Made by a program: the position numbers and the translations under genes
Assembly: GCA_964388035.1 (NCBI GenBank)
Contig: CAYLZE010000080.1
Location: 1-23,293 of the forward strand
Direction of reading: 5' to 3'
Source of the DNA: an uncultured archaeon
GTDB taxonomy: Archaea > Asgardarchaeota > Lokiarchaeia > Sigyniarchaeales > SOKP01
DNA: 23,293 nucleotides
In this document: in pieces, positions 1-8,427 of the stretch
Layout of the letters: the number at the start of each line of letters is the position of its first letter
Position numbering within the stretch: the stretch's first letter is position 1
The notes under the pieces: generated by a model
What the model was told of the DNA's origin: nothing
The model's input: the letters and a program-made list of their open reading frames with translations, nothing else
Database searches by the model: none

Positions 1-1
1 C

Positions 2-391
2 ATCAATCACGGAAAAAGAGCGGGGAGATGGTTTAAAAATAATATAAACGTGATAGAATCTCGCTTTAAAGTTCATTTAATATCTGATGATGTTAAAGAA
101 ATTTACTATGCGATATATTTTCATAATACGCCGTATAATTTCTTATTAAAAAATGAGGAATATCTGAACCATAAATACATAATAGATATAGTCAAAACAG
201 CAGATGCAGTGGATAGATATCGACTTCCTAGCCTTCGATTATGGATCAAAGACAAATATCTTTCTTATATTCCTCCAAATTACATAAAAAATGCTGCGTT
301 TCAATTGGTTATAAAAAGTGAAGCCGATTTTTTAAATGGCTTGACTAATAAAGAGAGTGTATTGTCTGCGATTAATGACTTGATTCAATAA
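2..391 (+). CDS. HD-domain phosphohydrolase, 5'-truncated at the window edge
   Basis: The frame is open from base 2 (INHGKRAGRWFKNNINVIES...), so the GTG at 50 is probably internal. The C-terminal HD-fold motifs are present: HGKRAG, AIYFHN, IVKTADAVDRYR. Confidence 0.7.
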   Translation: MNHGKRAGRWFKNNINVIESRFKVHLISDDVKEIYYAIYFHNTPYNFLLKNEEYLNHKYIIDIVKTADAVDRYRLPSLRLWIKDKYLSYIPPNYIKNAAFQLVIKSEADFLNGLTNKESVLSAINDLIQ

Positions 392-409
392 AGCCTTATT
401 TTTACTCCA

Positions 410-940
410 CTACTCCACTATTTCTTTTCTTTTAATCTCAAGAGAGACTTTGATTAATAATTTTTCCAAGTCCAGATGATAACCAATTAATGGAGTTAAT
501 TGTACTTCGTGATGGTCGTTATTCAATTGAAGATATCCTATTTTCTCTAATTCTTTTAAATCTTCTATAATATTTTTTTTATTCCTAAGCTCCTTTATCT
601 CTGCGATTTTCGTGATACCTGAATGCTTTAGACAACAAATAATGACACTAAAAAGAGTAGCGGCTAACTTAGGGCGTCCTTCGAAGGGATTTAATTTGAT
701 TATATCAGAGATTGTAGCATCATGGGCAATGAACCAATGAGAATCTATGGGATTATATCTTATTCGAAGTCCAAGAGGATTGAGATATTCTGCCAAATTA
801 CTAATGATTCGATCAAATAATATGGTCTTATTTTTATTGTTAAAATTTAATTTTTCACAAATTTCTTTTTTAGAAGCTCCCATGGTTTGGATGTGGCCTT
901 TTTTGGTGAGGAGGTGCATCAATACTGAAAATTCATTCAT
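410..940 (-). CDS. KITE subunit (tandem winged-helix; ScpB/Nse1/Nse3-like) of the SMC complex
   Basis: 176 aa, last gene of the smc-kleisin operon, with GGTGA RBS upstream. FDRIISNLAEYLNPLGLRIRY resembles the WH-A helix/wing of ScpB/Nse1/Nse3. LKELEKIGYL...VQLTP resembles WH-B. No RING motif. Confidence 0.7.
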   Translation of the reverse strand: MNEFSVLMHLLTKKGHIQTMGASKKEICEKLNFNNKNKTILFDRIISNLAEYLNPLGLRIRYNPIDSHWFIAHDATISDIIKLNPFEGRPKLAATLFSVIICCLKHSGITKIAEIKELRNKKNIIEDLKELEKIGYLQLNNDHHEVQLTPLIGYHLDLEKLLIKVSLEIKRKEIVE

Positions 941-954
941 TTAATCACCCATAA

Positions 955-1584
955 TTATTTATATAATGTATGTGTTTCTTTTTGATATTTAATTCTTCCT
1001 AATTGCAGAAGATGTAATAAATAGATGAATTTCTCATAAATTTGAATTTGATCTCTCTCGTTTTCAAAAATAGCATTAAACTTGCAAGGAAGTAGGTTAG
1101 CAACTTTCTCATAAAAATTGTTCATGTTTTCTTCGAAAGTTTTCTGGGGTATTTCAAGGATGAAATCTCTCTTTTTTTCCTTAAATTCTAGATGTTCTAT
1201 TTTAATGGGTTCAGAAATCATGGATGATAATTTATCCTTACTTTTTATCATGAAATCAATGGATATCGTTTCTAATGAAAAAGGGAACATCCAGCACCCT
1301 TGAAACAATAGTGATATGTCATGATCTGAGGGATCTTGTTTTAAGTATTCCATGAAATTATTTTGATTATCTAAGGATCGCAATAAAATTTGGAATTCTT
1401 GAAATTTTTTTTCCAGAATATCATACACTTGTTGATATGTATCGGTTGAAGCTTCTAAATTCGTAATAGTGATTAGCTTTTTTAATCTGTTAAATAGAGG
1501 CACGAGTTCCAAATTTAATAAGGTAGTTTTTCCTTTAATTACATTCTCTTGAATCTCTTGTAATTCTTTTTCCAATTCTTCCAT
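955..1584 (-). CDS. scpA: Kleisin (ScpA/Nse4-like)
   Basis: 209 aa, immediately downstream of smc. The N-terminal helical domain (VIKGKTTLLNLELVPLF...YDILEKK) fits the kleisin neck-binding region. The C-terminal FIYLLHLLQLGRIKYQKE matches the ScpA/kleisin winged-helix motif FxxLLxLxxxGxI. Confidence 0.8.
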   Translation of the reverse strand: MEELEKELQEIQENVIKGKTTLLNLELVPLFNRLKKLITITNLEASTDTYQQVYDILEKKFQEFQILLRSLDNQNNFMEYLKQDPSDHDISLLFQGCWMFPFSLETISIDFMIKSKDKLSSMISEPIKIEHLEFKEKKRDFILEIPQKTFEENMNNFYEKVANLLPCKFNAIFENERDQIQIYEKFIYLLHLLQLGRIKYQKETHTLYK

Positions 1585-1601
1585 TTTTTTTAACTTTACT
1601 C

Positions 1602-4600
1602 TTAATCTGTTTTATTATTTTTATTTTTTGTAGGGATTAGCTTGGGGATTAGAATAGTGGAAGCTTCATTTTTCCCCGTTCTTGCTACTCCAATTAATTT
1701 TTCTGCTAATGAAAAGAGTGCTTTTGATGATTTTGGAAGAAATAATATCATCTGTATTGGATTGTGTTCTAAAGTGGATCGAATAAGTTGATAGGCGGCT
1801 TCAGAATTTCTTTCATCTAAAAACATCCCGGCTTCATCAAGCATACAGAGAGGGGAAGGTTTAATTTCTTGTAAAGAAAGTATCAAGCAAATCGAGATCA
1901 TGGATAATTGTCCTCCACTGAGTGCCGAACAAGAAATAAATTGATTATTTCCAGTAGCTGCTTTAACATCTACTTCTAGATCCTCAAATTCTCCCGTCAA
2001 GTAAAGAGAACATTGAACATTGATATTGGCCTTCGAAAATTTCTGATTTATATTCAATTCGATATTATTTAAAACTTTTTTAAATCGATTAGTATATGTC
2101 TTTTCCAGTTTATTTTCGGTTTTTATGGCTCCTTTTATATCTTGCTCTAAATTTGCTTGATTTTGGGAAATTTCTTTAAGAGAAGACATTATGTGATCTC
2201 GTTCTACAAGTAAAGATTCGTCCACATCATAATATTTCAGTAATTCTTGATCCAATCGATAAAGATCTTTTTTGATTTCCTCCATGGTTCGAATTTCAAT
2301 CTTCCTTTCAGAAATCAATGGACCAATTTCATCATTTATTCGGTTTAAGTCATCATTTTTATGAAAAAATTCTTTTTTCTCAGTATTTAATTCTATATTT
2401 TTGCGTTCTAACTCCAGTTCAATTTCCACTTTTTTCCTTTCGATGGAACTTTTTTCTTGTTCCAGATCACCTTTTTTTATTTTTAACTCTGCCATCACAT
2501 TTTGGAGCTCGTTCAATTTCTCTTCCGTTTCTTCTAAAGTTCTATACGTTTGAAACGCTTTATTATCTGCTTTCCGAAAAGCTTCTATTTCAGTATTATA
2601 TTGACTTTTTAATAAATGAAGCTGGGTCGTATTGTTATTGATCTTTTCTTCTAATTCTTTGGATATTATTACATTTTCATCTAAATTTTTATCCCATTTC
2701 TTCTCCTCAATTTTTAAATTGCTCATTTCTGCAGGAAGCTCTTTAATTCTCTGATTCCATTCCCATAATTTGGGATCTTTTTTAGCTTCTAATTCTGTAA
2801 TTTTGGATTCTAAATCTTTGAGTTCTTCTTTTAAAGTTGAATTTAATACTTCAATTTGATTCCGTTTATCATATTGATCGTTCTTTTTTTTCGTGAGCCT
2901 TTCTCTTTGATTAAAATTGTAAAGAAGATCATCAAAGGCCTTTTTTTTCCCATAAATCTCCTTTTGGAGATGATCTAACTTGGAAGCTTCTACCTTTAAA
3001 TTGGATATATTATCATTAAGTCCCTTTATTTCTAATTCTAAAATTTTAACTTGCTCCATTTGGGAACCCGTGCTCAAAAATCCTTTTAATTTTTTTATGT
3101 GAGGTGTTTCATAGACATACTTTAATGAACTGATTTGTTCTCCATTTAAGGTCACGCATTTTCCTCCAAAATTGGTAGATTTATAGAGGCTTTTTCCAGA
3201 AAGAAAGTCTTTTACCACCACAGTATTTTTTGCAACTGAATATATTACTTTTTTAATATCAAGATTCTCACACTCGATTAATTCCGCAAGGTAACCCATT
3301 ACTCCATGAGCTGATATCTCGGGAAAAAGCTTAATGCTTATATTTTTGGGAAGATAGATATTACAGTATGCGTTGTATTTGTTTTTTAAACGCCTTAATA
3401 ATTCCACTGTATCCCAGTTGGAAGCAACAAAACTATATAAGACTTTTTCTCCCAGAATGGACTCAATTGCATAACTCATCTTGTCATTATATTTTAAATA
3501 TTCAATTATGGGACCGATTGCCTCTAAATTGCGTTTGATAATTTCTTCTTTTAAAATACTGATTGGAGTTGGTAAAAGTACTTGTCGTTTTCTTAAAGAT
3601 TCCGTTAGAAAGCTTAAATCTCTTAGTTTTTTATTTTTTTCTATTTCTTTTTTTTGAAGATCATTATCCGTATCATACAACTGGAAATTTGTGTCTCTCA
3701 AATCATCATCTAATTTTTTTAACAAATTTTGGGTAGGATCTTTCAGAAACCACTTATTTTGCTCAAATTTATGCCCAATATCCTTTATGCTTTGAAAGAT
3801 CTGATTGATTTCAGAATTTAAGGTTTTTATATTTTTTTCGTTTTCAAGAATAATTTTTATTTTTTGTGCTTTTTCAGTAATAAGATTATCGTGTTGCTCT
3901 AAAATTTCTTTATTAACTTCAATTTTATTAAATAAATCTTGTTGTTCCTTGAGTATCTGTTCAAAATCTTTGTTTATCTTTTCTTTTTCATTTTTAATCA
4001 TTTCAATTTCTTTGTGCAATTTATCGTAATTCTCATGATAATTTTCTAAGACTTTTTCCTGTGATTTAACTTTTTCTTCAAGTAGGTCAATTCCTTTTTT
4101 CTTTTCTATTTTTCCTTGTTGCCATGTTTCTATCTCGGTTATTAGATTTTCCTTTTTATTGTTTAAAGCGCCTAGCTTTTCTGACATCTCTGTAAGTGAG
4201 GATTCCAAATCTTTTATTTTATCAAGAATGGAAACAACTTTTTTTTCTTCAGAAACCTTCCCATTTTCAAGAATTTGTACTTTTTTCTCAAGCTCTTTAA
4301 TAATTTCTCCTAAAGTCACGATCTCTTCCAGAAGAGCCTGCCTATTTGCCCATAATAGCTCATCCTCAAAAGTTTTCCGCTCTTCTACTAATTTCATCTT
4401 ATCTTTTAAGCGTGCCAGTTTTGGCTTTAGCATGTCCAAATTAATGCTTAATGCATTTTTTTTGGTAATCAGAGATTGTAAATTTTTATTAAGTTCCAAT
4501 ACGTTATTTTTTTGCTGCAGAATTTCTTGGCGCAAACTGCTCAAACCTATTCCCTGTTCAAGAAATTTACATAATTCATTAGGACGTAGGCTTTTTATTG

Positions 4601-5084
4601 CATCAATTTTCCCTTGACTAACCAGAGCAAATTCATTATCTGGATTATAATTTAATCTTTTCACAATCTCTTGAACTTCAGTTGCTAGCACCTTATTAAA
4701 TTGTTTATCTGAACTGGTCATTAAATGATAATATGGAGAGTGTCCTCTAACCACGGTCCTCCGTATTTTAAATTCGTTCTTCCCCTCTTGAATATGAAGT
4801 TCTACCATGGCATGATTTTGTCCATGTCTAATGAAATCAGACCATTTTTGATATCTTTCATCCCTTTCGTTACTACCTAAGCAAAATTTGATTGCTTGAA
4901 AGATCGATGTTTTTCCACTCCAATTTGGTCCCACGATAATGATAAAACTAGAATTCCCCAGATCTACTTCGTCCTTTTCAAAAGACAAGAAATTTTCTAA
5001 AATCACTTTTTTAATATAAGGCGATTTTTTAAAAGCTTCTTCCATTCCATCATAATTTTGTGTATCTGAAATGTCTCTTGGCAT
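1602..5084 (-). CDS. smc: SMC protein, SMC5/6-like (coalescin-related) type
   Basis: 1160 aa. ILENFLSF, Walker A GPNWSGKT, Q-loop NPDNEFALVSQG, long coiled coils, central hinge (AIGPIIEYL...AIESILG...CVTLNGE), signature LSGGQ, Walker B/D-loop LCMLDEAGMFLDERN, and QMILFLPK in place of the H-loop. Confidence 0.93.
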   Translation of the reverse strand: MPRDISDTQNYDGMEEAFKKSPYIKKVILENFLSFEKDEVDLGNSSFIIIVGPNWSGKTSIFQAIKFCLGSNERDERYQKWSDFIRHGQNHAMVELHIQEGKNEFKIRRTVVRGHSPYYHLMTSSDKQFNKVLATEVQEIVKRLNYNPDNEFALVSQGKIDAIKSLRPNELCKFLEQGIGLSSLRQEILQQKNNVLELNKNLQSLITKKNALSINLDMLKPKLARLKDKMKLVEERKTFEDELLWANRQALLEEIVTLGEIIKELEKKVQILENGKVSEEKKVVSILDKIKDLESSLTEMSEKLGALNNKKENLITEIETWQQGKIEKKKGIDLLEEKVKSQEKVLENYHENYDKLHKEIEMIKNEKEKINKDFEQILKEQQDLFNKIEVNKEILEQHDNLITEKAQKIKIILENEKNIKTLNSEINQIFQSIKDIGHKFEQNKWFLKDPTQNLLKKLDDDLRDTNFQLYDTDNDLQKKEIEKNKKLRDLSFLTESLRKRQVLLPTPISILKEEIIKRNLEAIGPIIEYLKYNDKMSYAIESILGEKVLYSFVASNWDTVELLRRLKNKYNAYCNIYLPKNISIKLFPEISAHGVMGYLAELIECENLDIKKVIYSVAKNTVVVKDFLSGKSLYKSTNFGGKCVTLNGEQISSLKYVYETPHIKKLKGFLSTGSQMEQVKILELEIKGLNDNISNLKVEASKLDHLQKEIYGKKKAFDDLLYNFNQRERLTKKKNDQYDKRNQIEVLNSTLKEELKDLESKITELEAKKDPKLWEWNQRIKELPAEMSNLKIEEKKWDKNLDENVIISKELEEKINNNTTQLHLLKSQYNTEIEAFRKADNKAFQTYRTLEETEEKLNELQNVMAELKIKKGDLEQEKSSIERKKVEIELELERKNIELNTEKKEFFHKNDDLNRINDEIGPLISERKIEIRTMEEIKKDLYRLDQELLKYYDVDESLLVERDHIMSSLKEISQNQANLEQDIKGAIKTENKLEKTYTNRFKKVLNNIELNINQKFSKANINVQCSLYLTGEFEDLEVDVKAATGNNQFISCSALSGGQLSMISICLILSLQEIKPSPLCMLDEAGMFLDERNSEAAYQLIRSTLEHNPIQMILFLPKSSKALFSLAEKLIGVARTGKNEASTILIPKLIPTKNKNNKTD

Positions 5085-5104
5085 TATTCTGACTCTCCCC
5101 CAAT

Positions 5105-6370
5105 TTATTTACCAAACGCTTGTTTTAATAAATCAATTCTTTTTTTTGCTTTTTCTAAATTAATTTGAGCAATATTGGGCGTGTCATTTAATACAATTGG
5201 ATACTTTACTAAGATTTTCCTGGCATTTTCCTCTAATGGTTCATTTTTCTTTAACTTATCGATTATTATTGTTAACTCGTTATAGTTTTTAGAGGCGGCC
5301 TCTTCATAGAGTTGGTCCGATAAAAAATCAGGATATCGCTTTTCTTGTATCTCTTTAAGTAATGAAATGATATTTTTTCGAGATGTAGAATCCTCCCTTA
5401 TTCCTTCCGAGATCTCCTTCAATTCTCTTGCGGGTGTTAATGGTTCTATAGATTTAATTTTCTCTTTTTCCAATTTAAGAATATTGCTAGGGAAGACTTC
5501 TCCCGAGTCAATTAGACTAAAAATGAGGTCTGTAATTTCATTACTAGTTTTATTAACTTCATCTCTCAATTGATGCTTTAAAATCGCCATTCTGAGAAGA
5601 TGACCGATTTCCTTAATCTCCCAATTTCTTGTTTTCTCTACAACTTGTTCTAAATGAAATGTAATTTCTTTATTTTTCTCTAAAAAGTCTTTTAGATATG
5701 TTTCTCGTTCTATATCGCTTAGGATAGGAATTTTAAGGTATAAATCAAACTTCTTAAACACATCCATGGAGTTCTCCATGAGAATCTGCCTGTCATGATT
5801 TATCCAGACCAGAATGACTCCATTTTCGATTAAAGAGGTATTTTTTTCTCCTTTAATTTCAAGATAAATAAACTGCTGTAAAATGCTACGATCTTCAAGT
5901 AATTTTAAAAAGATTTTCTTTTCGTTAATTAAAACAATGTTGATCACCTTATTGGATTTATCCTTCCCCTTTTCTTTTAGAAGATCATTTCCTACTATTT
6001 CTTCAACCTTTTTTTTATTTTTTATAAGATTTGCAAAACTATTCATGAAATAAGCTAAAAAATTGGGAATATCTTTAATTATTTGCACGAAATCAAACTC
6101 TATAATGTTCAAGTAATAATTTTTGGCAATTAATTTAATATAATCTACAAAATCGGTTCCTTCAGGAACGGTTACTATTAGAGCTCCTTTTAACTTTAAA
6201 TCAGAGAGTAATCCGGAATCTTCTGAACGAGTTAATAATAATTTAAAATAATTCATAATTTCATCATATCTTCCTCTGAAAAATACGTCACCCTTATCAA
6301 TTACTAATTTTGAATAAGGAATAGTTCTGAAATATCTATGAAGTCCTGCCCCTTCTTTTATTTCATCCAT
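5105..6370 (-). CDS. Degenerate (probably inactive) classical-clade AAA+ ATPase with a C-terminal helical extension
   Basis: 421 aa, colinear with CDC48/PAN-type AAA modules: KGALIVTVPEGTDFVDYIKLIAKN (cf. [21 protein letters not shown]), IVLINE (Walker B DE>NE), VILVWINHD...KKFDLYLKIPILSDIERETYL (cf. RFDRxIxIPLPxxxxRxxIL) and lid LEQVVEKTRNWEIKEIGHLLRMA. Confidence 0.65.
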   Translation of the reverse strand: MDEIKEGAGLHRYFRTIPYSKLVIDKGDVFFRGRYDEIMNYFKLLLTRSEDSGLLSDLKLKGALIVTVPEGTDFVDYIKLIAKNYYLNIIEFDFVQIIKDIPNFLAYFMNSFANLIKNKKKVEEIVGNDLLKEKGKDKSNKVINIVLINEKKIFLKLLEDRSILQQFIYLEIKGEKNTSLIENGVILVWINHDRQILMENSMDVFKKFDLYLKIPILSDIERETYLKDFLEKNKEITFHLEQVVEKTRNWEIKEIGHLLRMAILKHQLRDEVNKTSNEITDLIFSLIDSGEVFPSNILKLEKEKIKSIEPLTPARELKEISEGIREDSTSRKNIISLLKEIQEKRYPDFLSDQLYEEAASKNYNELTIIIDKLKKNEPLEENARKILVKYPIVLNDTPNIAQINLEKAKKRIDLLKQAFGK

Positions 6371-6784
6371 ATCTCATTCACTTTTCAATTTAGTTTTTTC
6401 TTTCAATATTCATTAAATGGTAAGAATTGATATTTAAATATTTGGGATGTTTTACGTTTAATATATTTATTCATTAACGTATCCGACAAAAATTCCCTTT
6501 CAAAAATTCAAAGTCCTTGACAATTTCTTATTTTTTTCTTATTTTTAATCATCCTATTTCTAAAGTATAATTAATACAATTTTTTAAAATCATGTAGTCT
6601 AGTGAATTTTGATAAAATAAATGTAAATGTAAATTCTAAACTAAGATTCTAAGGTCGAAGATTATATGATCACATTTTTTAAAATGATGCAATTTAAAAT
6701 AACACGATTTTACTTTGTAACATCAGAAACTTATTCCATTTAAATTAAAAAAATGTAATAATTGAACAAATTAGTTGGTGTCCA

Positions 6785-7741
6785 ATGGATTTTTTCACCC
6801 ATATGATGATTGGAATATTACTATATAAATCCATTTCTCATTCTTTGAGTTTTGATTACGTAATTTTTATTGCCCTAATGGCCGTTTTTCCCGATTTGGA
6901 TGTTTTTTTAGGCGTCTTTAAAAGAATAAAATCTTCTGTATTTTTATCCCACAAAGGAGTTTCCCATACCTATTTTGCAGCTCTATTAGTTTCCATACCT
7001 ACTGGTATCATCTTCTCTTTAATTACAAAAAGTCCCCTCTATATTGCGATTTTATATGCATTTATTTTTTACAGCTTACATGTTACTTTAGATGGTTTAG
7101 CCGCTTCAAAAATGATGGTATTTTATCCCTTCTCAAAGAAGAGACACAGACTATTTTTAGATAGAGCCATAAATCCTTTCTTATTAATAGTATCTCCCAT
7201 CTTTTTCGCCTCGGATATAGTTTATCTCTTTACTTTAAATGCCCTTTACTTCTTAGTTATTACTTATATTCAATTAACCTTTTATGGTATCTATTTTGGA
7301 ATTAAAGTCTTTGTTAAAGTGTTCGTTTATTTGCAGCTTTCCCCCACTCAACAATACCTTCCCGGAATTTTTCCATTTTGGTATTATATTTATGAACGAA
7401 CAGCGGCAGTTGGAAAGCATACTTTCACTCTAATTAAAAAATCTATATTTTCAAAAAAAAATGACATTGTAATAAGCGCTTCAATACCCAAAAATTCAAG
7501 GGATGAACTATTATTATTAAAAACGATTGATTATAGCCAGAGATATGCTTTTTTCTCAAAGTGGGAATACATGATCCCCATGGTTAAAGAGGAAGATAGC
7601 GTTATTAACTTTTATTTATTTCTAGCTGAAAGTTATTCAAGAGGCAGGGCTTACCATATAGAAATACAATTTAATAAGAATACGCAAGAGATTATCAACG
7701 CAGAAGAAGGATTTGACCTTAAGCTATTAAAATTATCTTAA
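6785..7741 (+). CDS. Membrane-bound metal-dependent hydrolase (YdjM/DUF457 family)
   Basis: Motifs MDFFTH, FPDLD, HKGVSHT, HVTLD and FYPFS; several TM segments; soluble C-terminal domain. Confidence 0.85.
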   Translation: MDFFTHMMIGILLYKSISHSLSFDYVIFIALMAVFPDLDVFLGVFKRIKSSVFLSHKGVSHTYFAALLVSIPTGIIFSLITKSPLYIAILYAFIFYSLHVTLDGLAASKMMVFYPFSKKRHRLFLDRAINPFLLIVSPIFFASDIVYLFTLNALYFLVITYIQLTFYGIYFGIKVFVKVFVYLQLSPTQQYLPGIFPFWYYIYERTAAVGKHTFTLIKKSIFSKKNDIVISASIPKNSRDELLLLKTIDYSQRYAFFSKWEYMIPMVKEEDSVINFYLFLAESYSRGRAYHIEIQFNKNTQEIINAEEGFDLKLLKLS

Positions 7742-7953
7742 TTTACTAACTAAAATAAAAGAAGGAAATAGTTTATGATTTATATATCAACTTTAGAAGA
7801 AAAATAAATAATAATTGCTACAAATTAGATATAATAAAAAGAGATAAGCGTTATTTCTGAGAATTTTAACATTATATTTGTAATGATTTTGATCTATTTC
7901 TATATTCTCCTACAAAAAAAATACTTAATAAAAATAGACGTCATATTTTAATA

Positions 7954-7982
7954 TAACAATAAGTTGTTAAACTTAATTAAGT
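7954..7982. promoter_or_regulatory. Two adjacent palindromes upstream of the longin gene (possible operator)
   Basis: TAACAA-N4-TTGTTA (7954-7969) and the perfect 12-bp ACTTAATTAAGT (7971-7982), just upstream of the start at 7991/8003. The AT-rich background weakens the significance. Confidence 0.3.
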
Positions 7983-7990
7983 AGTATTAG

Positions 7991-8425
7991 ATGATTTTTT
8001 TTATGAGTATTGTCGAAGAATTCTTTGTGATGAACTGGGATGGTATAAAACTGTTTAGCTATGCTCCAGATATCAAAGATATGGATCAAAATCTCATAAC
8101 CAGTTTCTTTTCCGCAGTTCAATCATTCTCGAAAGAAATAGATCATCAAAATCATGGATTAATTGATTCATTAAGTATAGGGGATTATAGCTATACCTTT
8201 ATTTCCAATGCAAATCATCGACTATACTTTGTGTTAAAAACCTCGAAAAGCAAAAAAAAGAAAGAAATAATTGGAAAGCTACACGAAATCGAAAAGATGT
8301 TCATTAATGAATATCAAGATTACTTGAATAAGTTTGACGGTGACGTCACCCCATTTCAAAAATTTAAAATTAAATTCGAGGAACATTTTCAAGATCTATT
8401 TGTAAAACTGAAAGGAATGTGGTAG
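7991..8425 (+). CDS. Stand-alone longin-like domain protein (start may be the ATG at 8003)
   Basis: EFFVMNWDGIKLFSY...DQNLITSFFSAVQSFSKEI...IDSLSIGDYSYTF...LYFVLKT...IEKMFINEY...FDGDVTPFQKF follows the bb-a-bbb-aa longin pattern of Asgard longin/TRAPP-like proteins. Confidence 0.8.
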   Translation: MIFFMSIVEEFFVMNWDGIKLFSYAPDIKDMDQNLITSFFSAVQSFSKEIDHQNHGLIDSLSIGDYSYTFISNANHRLYFVLKTSKSKKKKEIIGKLHEIEKMFINEYQDYLNKFDGDVTPFQKFKIKFEEHFQDLFVKLKGMW

Positions 8426-8427
8426 TT

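Noticed and set aside
1602-5084. Rad50/SbcC
   Set aside because: There is no CxxC zinc hook, a globular SMC hinge is present, and there is no adjacent Mre11/SbcD.
747-5573. Plus-strand ORFs 747-944, 1118-1303, 2318-2641, 3805-4029, 4159-4617 and 5367-5573
   Set aside because: They are antisense shadows of well-supported genes, with F/S/L-rich composition that mirrors the K/E-rich coding strand.
410-6370. Wadjet (JetABCD/MksBEFG) anti-plasmid system
   Set aside because: No TOPRIM/JetD nuclease is visible, the gene order differs (SMC precedes kleisin and KITE), and the head and hinge motifs are SMC5/6-like rather than MukB/JetC-like.
6371-6784. Replication origin or ncRNA in the 414-bp divergent intergenic region
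   Set aside because: It is AT-rich, but no ORB-like G-string repeats, adjacent orc1/cdc6 gene or GC-rich structured segment were seen. Divergent promoters are sufficient to explain it.
7776-7808. Mini-ORF MIYISTLEEK behind an AAGGA-like element; possible pseudogene remnant
   Set aside because: It is only 10 codons, the downstream frames are full of stops, and there is no recognisable homology.
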